IMG/VR virus record: IMGVR_UViG_3300044993_000663
Location: 1 to 57,368 of that record
Source: a virus
Lineage: Duplodnaviria; Caudoviricetes
Length of the DNA stretch: 57,368 nucleotides
Strand: one strand, 5' to 3'
Part shown: positions 9,560-18,420 of the stretch, piece after piece
How the letters are laid out: each line of letters opens with the position of its first letter
How positions within the stretch are numbered: the stretch's first letter is position 1
The notes under the pieces: generated by a model
The model's input: the letters and a program-made list of their open reading frames with translations, nothing else
The model's database searches: none
What the model was told of the DNA's origin: nothing
Program-made: the position numbers and the translations under genes

Positions 9560-9799
9560 TCAACCGCCCTGGAGTGGACGATCAAGGCGGACCGGTCCCG
9601 AGGCTTCAAGTCCTGAATCCTCTCTTTCTGGATGCTGCGAAATGTCACCCGGCTCGCCCATGCGGCGGGCATCCTCGCGCCGCCGGCGCACGCCCTCGGC
9701 CAGAATGTCCGCGATGATCCGCAGCCGCTTGGCCGGGGTCAGCAGGTCGGGCAGCGCGAAGTCATCGCGCTCGGCCCTTTCGTCGAGGTCGATCGGCAT
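9560..9799 (-). CDS. Small hypothetical protein heading the recombinase operon
   Basis: 79-aa ORF (LTPAKRLRIIADILAEGVRR) between promoter copy 2 and DUF2924. Confidence 0.55.
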   Translation of the reverse strand: MPIDLDERAERDDFALPDLLTPAKRLRIIADILAEGVRRRREDARRMGEPGDISQHPEREDSGLEASGPVRLDRPLQGG

Positions 9800-9877
9800 G
9801 GATGCATCCGTGCGTTGGCTCGCCCAGGGGGCGGGTCAGCGATGGGGTCGGGCCGCCCGCCAGCGGGGCGTCAACCA

Positions 9878-9909
9878 CCATCTACGCAAACGGTTCCGAT
9901 GGTGGCGTG
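9878..9909 (-). promoter_or_regulatory. Putative element-sigma promoter, copy 2
   Basis: Plus strand CCATCTACGC-aaacggttccgatg-GTGGCGTG, upstream of the recombinase operon. Confidence 0.75.
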
Positions 9910-10114
9910 TCTCCGAAGGAGCCGTGTGACGACTCCCAGGGTTGATCGTCGAGTGTCCGAGAGACTGTGGAAAATCGAGCAATCAGCAGGCAGATTCACG
10001 AGTCTCGCCTCGGCGTCGATACGGCGACATTGGATTTCGATGATCCCTTGGCGCTTGGAGACGCCGCCAGAATCAGAAACGAAGCCTCGAAGCCGTCGCG
10101 TGTGTTTGAGAGGC

Positions 10115-10720
10115 CTACGGATGCCCACGCGACGCCACGCCGAGCCGACGCAGCAACCCGGAATCGGGGAAGCCTGTCACGACGCTTGGGCCAGAGTCCG
10201 GTATCACGATCTCTGCCACAGGACGATGCGCGTTCGTCGTCTCACACGCTCTATGGCGCTCCGTTAGGAAATGAACCCGCTGGTTGCTCGAGCCCCGCCA
10301 TAGCAATCCATCAGATCTCAGTTCACGCACATACCTTCCCGTCACCACGATGTCCAGCAGTCCGAGCAGTCGCTTTTGCTCGGCTTCGACGAGCTCTTCA
10401 ATTTCGTATCCCGTAAACGCCATGAGCGACATGCCGGTGCCACGGAGGTGCTCGGCCAGCACGGCCAAGCCACACGCCTGAGCGAATGGCTCGCCACCCG
10501 TGAACGTGACTCCGTCAATTGGCCCGCTCTTGGAGATCAGGTCGGCGATCTCGGAAACGGCCATCAACCGGCGCGGAGCGTGAGACCATGTGTCCGGGTT
10601 CCAGCAGCCCGGGCAGTGCAGAGGGCAGCCTTGAACCCAAAGAACGAAGCGTTCTCCGGGGCCGTTAACGCTGCTCCGCGACAGCCATCGCGCCACGTTG
10701 ATGGTCCCCGAGGTGCTCAT
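10115..10720 (-). CDS. NrdG-like radical SAM (4Fe-4S) protein
   Basis: NGPGERFVLWVQGCPLHCPGCWNP (CxxxCxxC), GVTFTGGEPF, WRGSSNQR. Confidence 0.88.
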   Translation of the reverse strand: MSTSGTINVARWLSRSSVNGPGERFVLWVQGCPLHCPGCWNPDTWSHAPRRLMAVSEIADLISKSGPIDGVTFTGGEPFAQACGLAVLAEHLRGTGMSLMAFTGYEIEELVEAEQKRLLGLLDIVVTGRYVRELRSDGLLWRGSSNQRVHFLTERHRACETTNAHRPVAEIVIPDSGPSVVTGFPDSGLLRRLGVASRGHP

Positions 10721-11214
10721 CAATAAACCCGCTTGGAGAGTACCAGCCGGACACAGCCTTGCTCGACGCGCTCCTCGATGCGATACCCGCTGTTCTTGGC
10801 CTTCTCGATCACCGCCGACCGGGTCGCCTCGACGAGACGTCGCCGTTCTTCCTCCGCGGCTCGGCGCTGTTCCTCGGCCAGACGACGGTCCTTCTCCATT
10901 TGATGTACTTCGTAGCGGCTGCTCAAGCGTGCCAGCCACGCCGAACCGAAGCGCGACTGGTCATACCCGCTCACGATCAAACGAAAGCCGGTCGGTGTCC
11001 GGACGAATCCGACATCGTTTGAGCCGCTACCGACGTGCTGGCGGCGGATGATGATGTGGGCCTGCTGCTCTCGCGCGGCTCCCTCGTAGCCAACCAGTGC
11101 CACCGCCTGTTCATGAATCTCCACCATAGAACGTGCAAAGCCAACGTCAGCGAGGGCATCCACAAGGCACTCGGCATCGGTCATTGGAGTGGCGAGTTGC
11201 AGGTATGCGCTCAT
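10720..11214 (-). CDS. DUF1257 (Ycf35-like) protein
   Basis: CLVDALADVGF...LVGYEG...IIIRRQHVGSGSNDVGF...AKNSGYRIEE. Confidence 0.75.
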   Translation of the reverse strand: MSAYLQLATPMTDAECLVDALADVGFARSMVEIHEQAVALVGYEGAAREQQAHIIIRRQHVGSGSNDVGFVRTPTGFRLIVSGYDQSRFGSAWLARLSSRYEVHQMEKDRRLAEEQRRAAEEERRRLVEATRSAVIEKAKNSGYRIEERVEQGCVRLVLSKRVY

Positions 11215-11426
11215 GGCCTACCTCCGCTCTTCAGGTTGGCCTGATTGGACGTCGTGGCACTTGTCGGCCGATCAGACTGTTTCCGGTCGACGCTTACCAA
11301 TGCGCCGGGGCAATCGGCGAGAATCTTCTCCAGGTCCTTGATGCACGCATCACCCGTGAAGCCGTGCGCGTCGGCCTTGATCCGGCCGTGTTCATCGATC
11401 TCGATCTCGATTCGCTGTTCTCGCAT
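11211..11426 (-). CDS. DUF2997-family small protein
   Basis: IEIEIDEHGRIKADAHGFTGDAC pattern; adjacent to DUF1257. Confidence 0.75.
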   Translation of the reverse strand: MREQRIEIEIDEHGRIKADAHGFTGDACIKDLEKILADCPGALVSVDRKQSDRPTSATTSNQANLKSGGRP

Positions 11427-11429
11427 ACG

Positions 11430-13436
11430 TCACCTCTTTCGAGCAACCATGCGTGCCTTCAGTCGAGCGGCCTCGGCACGGCCAGGATCGTGCTGTTCCC
11501 AGGTGTCGATCGCCAGGTATCGGTCCGTTCCAGCCTCGAACAGTTCTCCTATTGAGGGCAGGGCCTCGGCGGGGACCCGAAGTCCCGCCGACGCCTTCGT
11601 TGGTGCGGGAACAAACCCTTTGCCGCTGCTTCTCTTCGCGTCATTGCCATGCCTCGACTTCGGACTGAAGGGACGCTTCAGCGCCTGCTCATGCTGACTC
11701 CGGCTGCCGTTGAGACGTGCGATATCGTTGGCAACAGTCTTCAGGTCATCGTTGAGCCTTCGCTGCCGTGCCTTCCAGTCCGAATCGCTCTCCCCTTTCC
11801 GCTGACCATCCTTGCTCTCCTCGTCGAGGGACGATTTCTGCTGCTTCGCAGCTGCAATCTTGGCGTCAATCTCGTCGAGTTGCGCCCTGTGCTCGGCCTG
11901 CTCTTTCTCCCACTGTTCGCGCTGCTGCTGTTCGTCGGCCTTGGCGATATCGCTATCCACGCCACGGACATACTCCTGCACGCCAGCTTCGAGCGTCTTC
12001 AGGCGTTCCACGAACCCACGAGCGGCATCCACCGACCCGCCGGCGAGTTTCACGACAGCAAGCGACTCGCACTCGGCCACCAATTCGCGTCGCTTTCGGT
12101 CAAGGCCGAGCACCCCTTCAAACCAGCGTCCGAGTATTGATCTTGCCTGATCGCTGCGTTCCCCGGCGGACTTGAGCTGTTCACTGCAGGTCTTGACGCG
12201 TAAGGACAGAGACTTGTCCGCTTCATCCCACTGCTGGTAAAGGTCGCTGCGCACCGCTTTCGCAGGTGGCGTGGGCGGGACATTCGTCCATGCGAAGATT
12301 GCCTTGCGGACGAGCGGAGGTGCGTCCGGCCATTTTTCTGGCTCCTTGTTCGATACCTCATCCAGGGACTCGCAAGGAACTTCGCCGACCTCAATCTCTG
12401 CTTCGTCGATGCATGGCTTGGCCGAAGCAGCATTCGGAAGCCAGACCGCCCCAGACAGGGCCCGCAGAGGTACCTCTCTGCGGAGAACAGCTGCTGGCCT
12501 GGCTTGAAGCAGCGCATCGTGGAGCGTGCGAGCTTGAGACGAGTTGAGTGTGATCCGGAGCATGAAGTCGGCGATCGGCCATTCGATCATGCCCTCCGAC
12601 GGCGTCACCCATAAGTCCGGCAGCACCTGCGCAAGACCGATCACTTCCGACCCGGCCGCAACAAGCGCTGCCAGATCCGCCTGACCATCTCCCGATGGCG
12701 TAGTGATCAGTCGGCGCGCCCGCTGGGGTAGCCCGACGCTTGTGCTTCGAACACAAACCGCGTCACCCGGGGCAACTTCAGAATCGACCGGTCTGCGAAG
12801 AAGCCGCACCGGGCCGTCCGTTGGTGGGACGACATCGACTGGGCGGTCTTGAGGCGGCTGAAACGTCAACGCTGGTGACTTCGACTCTGTCCATGCTTCA
12901 TCCGCGGCGTGATGCCAGAACCAGTGGAGGGCGACGCGGACGAACCCAGCGCTCTGGCCCTCGTCAAGCTCAATGGCCCATTGGGGTGCTCCGGTCGCGA
13001 GGGCACCGATGCAGAGCCCAGCGCGCCGGGTCGAGCAGTTGACCACGGCCGAAAGCAGCGGCAGCGAAGTGCGGCGAGCGAGCACGAAGGCCGATGCCCT
13101 GTCGCGCAGGCCCGGATCGCGCTGCCCGGCCCCAAACCCGAGCGAGCCCAGCACGTACACGCGGCGATCACCCGCCGTGGCTTCGAGCATGGCACGCGTG
13201 AGCGAACTTGGTGCCGTTTCAGGCAGCACAAACATCGATGGCTGGCTGGCATCGCCCACCACGCGCCGGATCATGTCGCTGAAATGTGCGCTCGTCGGGT
13301 CGATCCAGGGGTCAGTCGGAGCGAGCCCTTCCGTGCCTTGCGCGAGGCACTCCCACGCGACCGCAATGCGCACATCTGAACGGTCGACCGTATTTCGGCG
13401 TGAGTACAGCTGGATGGGGCCACGTAGAGTGGTCAT
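11430..13436 (-). CDS. Hypothetical protein with long C-terminal coiled coil
   Basis: 668 aa from MTTLRGP; 4-bp overlap with upstream gene; heptad-rich C-terminal third. Confidence 0.75.
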   Translation of the reverse strand: MTTLRGPIQLYSRRNTVDRSDVRIAVAWECLAQGTEGLAPTDPWIDPTSAHFSDMIRRVVGDASQPSMFVLPETAPSSLTRAMLEATAGDRRVYVLGSLGFGAGQRDPGLRDRASAFVLARRTSLPLLSAVVNCSTRRAGLCIGALATGAPQWAIELDEGQSAGFVRVALHWFWHHAADEAWTESKSPALTFQPPQDRPVDVVPPTDGPVRLLRRPVDSEVAPGDAVCVRSTSVGLPQRARRLITTPSGDGQADLAALVAAGSEVIGLAQVLPDLWVTPSEGMIEWPIADFMLRITLNSSQARTLHDALLQARPAAVLRREVPLRALSGAVWLPNAASAKPCIDEAEIEVGEVPCESLDEVSNKEPEKWPDAPPLVRKAIFAWTNVPPTPPAKAVRSDLYQQWDEADKSLSLRVKTCSEQLKSAGERSDQARSILGRWFEGVLGLDRKRRELVAECESLAVVKLAGGSVDAARGFVERLKTLEAGVQEYVRGVDSDIAKADEQQQREQWEKEQAEHRAQLDEIDAKIAAAKQQKSSLDEESKDGQRKGESDSDWKARQRRLNDDLKTVANDIARLNGSRSQHEQALKRPFSPKSRHGNDAKRSSGKGFVPAPTKASAGLRVPAEALPSIGELFEAGTDRYLAIDTWEQHDPGRAEAARLKARMVARKR

Positions 13437-15103
13437 ACGGGCTTCCCTCCATCGAACCACTTGATCAAGTACGGGTAGTACAGCTCCGACGGAGCGACCG
13501 GTGTGCAGGCCAGATCTCGCCACTTCAGTGGCGCGTCCGGCGTCGCGGCCTTGCCAAGAAGAGGTCGCGCGTCGAGCGGGCTGTTGGACATCTGCCACGC
13601 GAGACGGGTATCGCCGGAGTCGACGAGAAGGAATCGGTCGTGCGGCTGCTCGGCCCTGATGCGTCCGAACGCCTGCTCATACCACACGGGCGACTCGCCA
13701 ACTACCTGCTGAATTCGCGCGGCCTGCCTTGGGTCCGCTGCATCCCGATCAGTCAGCACGAAGAGCCGCGAGTTCGCATGCTGCTGACGTAGCGAGTCAT
13801 GCAGAAGCCTGAGGCAGGCCAGGTTGCCATCGCCGCGAACGAAGCGATCGCAGATAAGCACTCGCCGCGGGCGGACCGTGCCGAGCAATCGAGACAGCAA
13901 CTCCTGCATCGAGAGGTTGGAGTCTCGAACGAGCCGAACACTCGCGGGTGATGAAGGTGCCGAGAGAGCGACCTTTGTGGACTTCGCAACCACCACCTTG
14001 GGTTCGCAGGTCAGGTCGAGCCCTGCGGCAACACGCCAGAACAACGGCCGCTCGTTCCGCGTCTCCTTCAGAATCTCCTCCGGCTCTGGTGCCGCAGTCA
14101 TCGCCTCGAGCGGCGTGCCTTCGGTGACGGCGACGTACTCCGCGGCCAGGGCATCTGCCGATCGATAGCCCGGCTCGGCGAGGCGCCGACGCAGCCGCCA
14201 CAGCATCCATCGACGCGCGTCGTCCGGCGTCGCCGGGCCGACAGGTACATCTGTGATGCGGACATGCTCATAGACGTCACCATCGGGACCTTCCACCTCG
14301 TCGAGATTGACCGAAGTCTGAAAGGTGTGTCGTACGGCTTCGTCAAGAGTTTCCTTGAACGGCACCTCGAGGCGGCGTTGCTGAAGATTCCAGCGTCCCT
14401 CCGCAGGTTTGACTCCACGCATCCAACGGTCGGCCAGCGTGCGCAGGTCGCACGGACGATCTGTAGGTGTGGAACGAATCGGCCCCGGGTCACCATCGCG
14501 GCCACCGGCGATACGTCCGGCGAGCGTCCATTGGCTTATTCCCAAGCGGAAGTCAATGTTCCACCGAAGCTCGCAAGTGGACTGATGGTCAGAATCCGTA
14601 TACCCGAGCGGCTCACGGTTCCCGCTCGGCAGATCACGCACCGCAAACCCCTTGCCCGAAATGACCGACCGCCAGACCTGGTTCAAGTCGATCGTCAAGG
14701 GCAGTTGGGCAGGAGTTCCCTCATCGTTGCGGTCGATCCGGATTCGCTCCCAGTGAAGGATGCGCCCGCCGAGAACGGGGTGCTCGACGCCCCACAGCGC
14801 GTACACGCCCTGTTCAAGCAGGGGTGCTTCACCTTCTTCGCTCGCTGCTTGCTTACCCGTCTCGGTGAGCACGTCACGCTTGTCACACAAGCCGATCTCG
14901 CGGCACCAGCCGATGATGTTGCTGCACGCTACGTCCGTGGCATCAGGCAGCACGCTGCGCACCGCCTCGTGCGTGATGACACCACCAGCCTTTAGCGCTG
15001 CCCGGCATAGTGCCTGCATCTCCGGTCGTTTGACATACACGGCCATCTCTGCAAACGCAGCGAATCGGTGCACCTTCAGGGACGTCACGAGTTCACATCT
15101 CAC
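13433..15103 (-). CDS. Hypothetical protein with C-terminal PLD-like (HDR) domain
   Basis: RRVLICDRFVR...QPHDRFLLV...WQMSNS resembles MIT_C/PLD-like nuclease fold; wHTH-like N-terminus. Confidence 0.65.
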   Translation of the reverse strand: MRCELVTSLKVHRFAAFAEMAVYVKRPEMQALCRAALKAGGVITHEAVRSVLPDATDVACSNIIGWCREIGLCDKRDVLTETGKQAASEEGEAPLLEQGVYALWGVEHPVLGGRILHWERIRIDRNDEGTPAQLPLTIDLNQVWRSVISGKGFAVRDLPSGNREPLGYTDSDHQSTCELRWNIDFRLGISQWTLAGRIAGGRDGDPGPIRSTPTDRPCDLRTLADRWMRGVKPAEGRWNLQQRRLEVPFKETLDEAVRHTFQTSVNLDEVEGPDGDVYEHVRITDVPVGPATPDDARRWMLWRLRRRLAEPGYRSADALAAEYVAVTEGTPLEAMTAAPEPEEILKETRNERPLFWRVAAGLDLTCEPKVVVAKSTKVALSAPSSPASVRLVRDSNLSMQELLSRLLGTVRPRRVLICDRFVRGDGNLACLRLLHDSLRQQHANSRLFVLTDRDAADPRQAARIQQVVGESPVWYEQAFGRIRAEQPHDRFLLVDSGDTRLAWQMSNSPLDARPLLGKAATPDAPLKWRDLACTPVAPSELYYPYLIKWFDGGKPV

Positions 15104-18100
15104 GAGTGCCTTCCCCCATTGATACGAGGCGTCATAGTGGCCAACTCCCTGAGCTCCAATGCCACGCGATCGTCCTTGGCATAGAAATCGTACCGGCCGA
15201 AGATGACCAGTTGTTGCCGCGCTCTCGTCACCCCGACGTTGATCCTGTTCGGGCTGTCAAGAAACCCCACGCGCCCGGTGTTCCGCATCGAGAGCAGTAC
15301 CAGATCCGCCTCCCGTCCCTGAAACCGATCGACCGTGCCGCAGCGAATCTCGATCAGCGGCTCGTCCTCATTCGGGTACAGAAAGCAGTGACGTGCGTCC
15401 GATCCGGTAACTTGTCGCACCATGTCGGAAATCGCCTCCTCCTGGCGGACGTAGAAGCACAGACACGCGACCTCCCACACCGCGCGCTTCTTGCCGGATG
15501 GAGGTCTGCGGCCAGCAGGTGGTCCCTTGCGCTCGGCCCAGTCGATAAACCGCTCTAGCCAGGACTTCATCGCCTTCACTTCGGCTTCGTTTACACCCCG
15601 GTGTTCGCTCCCGTGGATGTCCATCCATACTCGTCGTCTGCGGACCTCTGGCGCAAAGTCCCATCGGACGACAGCATCACGCATCGGAATCGTGTTGGCA
15701 TCCCGCAAGGCGGCTTGCTTGGCCAATCGCTCATAGATGACGCTTCGTGGGTAGTTCGAGATCTCGGGGTGCATCCGATGCTGATAGGTCAGGCACTCGA
15801 ACCTGGCCTTCAGGACCTCCGGTGAGGCGCGCAGCCCATGTGCCAGAAAGTTCGGGCGGCGGGACCTCCCAGCCCCGACTCCCTCCTGCACAACTTCGAT
15901 CACGCTCGGGAGGCCGATGTCGCGCTGATCCGCAATCGACTCTCGAATCCCCTTCCATGTGTGCGGCACCAGTTCGTCCAGTCCGCGTTGCATCCGATCT
16001 CGTTCCTTCCGATCGGCGCTCCACCGCAGTTCGTGCCATCGCTTCAGCCGCCAGGCGACCTCCGCGGCCCAAGTTCGTCGAGAGAGAAAGTCTCGCTCGA
16101 TCCGCTCCAGTTCGTTTCGCGCGGCTACTTGCCTGCCTCGCTCCCAAAACGGCGGGATTCGAGGCGAGTGCGTCAGGGTGGCCGCGTGCCGGAATGCCCA
16201 GGAGGTACACTCATCCATCGGCCCTGTGGCGAACACGAATCCACCAGGCAGAGCATCATGGACTTGCGGCCAAGCGTCCAGATCTACCAGCACCCACTCC
16301 GCCGCTGCAAGGCGAAGCACCGTTCCGGAGCCGCTCTCCAGTTCTTTGACGGTCACTCGCGGGACTGGCCCCGGACGCGCATTCCGCGAGACGCGAGCGA
16401 TCTGCCGATTTGAATCGGACTCCAGAATTTCTCGCTCCAGATGATCGAGCACCTCCGTCGCCTCGACGATCAGCCATCGCACGCCCGCACCTCGCACCGG
16501 CTCACGGGTCAATCTCCACGCGATGAGTCGGGCACGTTGCAAGGTCTGCGGGATAAGGTCCTTCCCGGCATCATCGCTCACATGCGCAATGTTGGCTTCG
16601 AGATCGTCGACGTTCGTGAATGGAGGCAACTGCTGCACATCGCCGACGATGATGTGCTTGCGGGCAAGCAACGCAGGAATGATGAACTCCGTAACGGTCG
16701 TCTTGCTCGCCTCGTCGATGATGAGCAGGTCCCAGGGCACGAAGGTCGTCAGTGGCCGGTCGCCACCAGTGAACCTCTGCGACCGCAACTGTGGATGATT
16801 GAGGATCCCGGCTGTTGTGCTGCACGTCAGATTGGCGCTCGTTACCACGAGGCTCTGCGCGGCTTCCCATCGTTCGTCATCGGACAGATCCTCAAAGAGG
16901 CCATGTGCACGCCAGGAGTCCACGACCGACTGGATTCGCCGGTCAAGTTGCAGGGCGCGTACCTTCTCATCCACCCGATCCTCGATACCAATCCGGACCG
17001 CTTCAAGCATCTCTGGACGTTTGTCGTAAAGCTTCTCCAGCGCGTTGTCGATAGCAACGTGCGTCGTGGCGCACATGAGCACACGCTCGCCCCTCTTGAT
17101 CGCCTGCAGCACCAGTTCGCAGATGGCGGTCGTTTTGCCAGAACCGGGCGGCCCTTGAAGCAGCGCGATATCGGTTGTGGCAAGGGCTTTGCGCACGAAG
17201 TCGCGTTGCTCCTCGGTGCCGTCGATCTCGGGTTTGTCGAGCAGCTCCCAATCCGGCTCAGGCAAAGACCACGCCGGGACATCTGGCCATCTCGCCTTCT
17301 CCGGGTTCTCGCACAACCGAATCAAACCGCGATGCGCGGGCAGAGGGCTGTATCGCAGTTGCTGAACGGCCCTCTTCTGGGTATCGACGGCACGTGTGTC
17401 AAGGGGCGCATAGAGGAAGCGCGTTCCCTTCGCCGGCAAGTCCTTAAGGCGCAGCTGGTATCGGTCGCGGTCCACCTCGAAGATCCTGAGGCATTCCGCG
17501 TGCCGTCGCTCGGGGGCTGTCCAGATCTCACGGACCTCTTCGCCCTCACAGAACTCGGCCCGCGGGTCCAGCAATGCCTGCTCTGCGGGGAAGTCGTCCG
17601 GCAGCAGGAGTTGAATCCAGTTCCCGCTGCGCCCTCGTCCATCGGCCGGTTTGGCCTCCAGGCGCACGCTCATCCTGTCGGCCAGCAGAACACTGCCCGA
17701 GAGGGGTTCGTCCAATCGCAGCGTGTCGCCCAGGATGGGATACTCGCGTCGTTTGGAATCGCGTGCGATTCTGCACTCTGCCCAAACGGACAATGCCGAG
17801 CATTCTCGCCGCTGTCCATCAACGATGAGGGTCGAGTCTTCGATGCGACCTTCGAGGCAAAGGGCCTCATCCTCGTCGATTCGACCCCACCAACGAACTT
17901 CCAGCGCTCGTCCGTCCTCGGCTGCAACAGTTTGCGGTCTGCCTGAGGCAGCTGGCTTCCGAGCCACGCACTCCTGCCCGCACCACTCGATCCGATCACC
18001 CTCCAGCAACTGCTCGGAATCAGTCTCAATCAGCAGGCCCGCCGGAACTTGCGTCGCCGCGGTGACGCGGAGGTACTCCTGGCGGTCGACATTGTTGAGC

Positions 18101-18420
18101 TTGCGGGTGAGGTCAAATCCTCGGTGTGAAGGCCATCCCTCCAGCAGCCAACGCACGCTCGCGTGAGCACGTAGGACGACCAGCGTGTCGAGAGGGTGCA
18201 ACCGATACACGTGCTTGCGACGAACAACTTCGAACGCAAAGCGGTGCCGTTGTTGGCGTTCTTCCGCGTTCTGGCGTGCTTGGAACAGGTACCTCTCGAA
18301 TGGGCCAAGCGCGTCGCGGGCCTGCTGTTGAATCACAGACGCCCGCTGCGTCGGCTCCATCGCTAGGTAGTTCAGTAGTCCCACGAGACGGCCTTTCTTG
18401 ATGCTGGGCAACGAGATCAC
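15100..18420 (-). CDS. UPF1/DNA2-like superfamily 1 helicase with long N-terminal extension
   Basis: QGPPGSGKTT, IIDEAS, VGDVQQLPP, QHRMHPEI, TVDRFQGREAD, RINVGVTRAR; GTG start overlaps AAA stop. Confidence 0.9.
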   Translation of the reverse strand: MISLPSIKKGRLVGLLNYLAMEPTQRASVIQQQARDALGPFERYLFQARQNAEERQQRHRFAFEVVRRKHVYRLHPLDTLVVLRAHASVRWLLEGWPSHRGFDLTRKLNNVDRQEYLRVTAATQVPAGLLIETDSEQLLEGDRIEWCGQECVARKPAASGRPQTVAAEDGRALEVRWWGRIDEDEALCLEGRIEDSTLIVDGQRRECSALSVWAECRIARDSKRREYPILGDTLRLDEPLSGSVLLADRMSVRLEAKPADGRGRSGNWIQLLLPDDFPAEQALLDPRAEFCEGEEVREIWTAPERRHAECLRIFEVDRDRYQLRLKDLPAKGTRFLYAPLDTRAVDTQKRAVQQLRYSPLPAHRGLIRLCENPEKARWPDVPAWSLPEPDWELLDKPEIDGTEEQRDFVRKALATTDIALLQGPPGSGKTTAICELVLQAIKRGERVLMCATTHVAIDNALEKLYDKRPEMLEAVRIGIEDRVDEKVRALQLDRRIQSVVDSWRAHGLFEDLSDDERWEAAQSLVVTSANLTCSTTAGILNHPQLRSQRFTGGDRPLTTFVPWDLLIIDEASKTTVTEFIIPALLARKHIIVGDVQQLPPFTNVDDLEANIAHVSDDAGKDLIPQTLQRARLIAWRLTREPVRGAGVRWLIVEATEVLDHLEREILESDSNRQIARVSRNARPGPVPRVTVKELESGSGTVLRLAAAEWVLVDLDAWPQVHDALPGGFVFATGPMDECTSWAFRHAATLTHSPRIPPFWERGRQVAARNELERIERDFLSRRTWAAEVAWRLKRWHELRWSADRKERDRMQRGLDELVPHTWKGIRESIADQRDIGLPSVIEVVQEGVGAGRSRRPNFLAHGLRASPEVLKARFECLTYQHRMHPEISNYPRSVIYERLAKQAALRDANTIPMRDAVVRWDFAPEVRRRRVWMDIHGSEHRGVNEAEVKAMKSWLERFIDWAERKGPPAGRRPPSGKKRAVWEVACLCFYVRQEEAISDMVRQVTGSDARHCFLYPNEDEPLIEIRCGTVDRFQGREADLVLLSMRNTGRVGFLDSPNRINVGVTRARQQLVIFGRYDFYAKDDRVALELRELATMTPRINGGRHS

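Larger units (their letters stand above)
1..9909 (-). mobile_element. Integration/regulation/replication module of a temperate phage-like element (continues off the left edge)
   Basis: Co-oriented DUF2924, large serine recombinase, sigma factor, AAA_24-like ATPase, DUF669, RusA and helicase genes. Confidence 0.8.
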
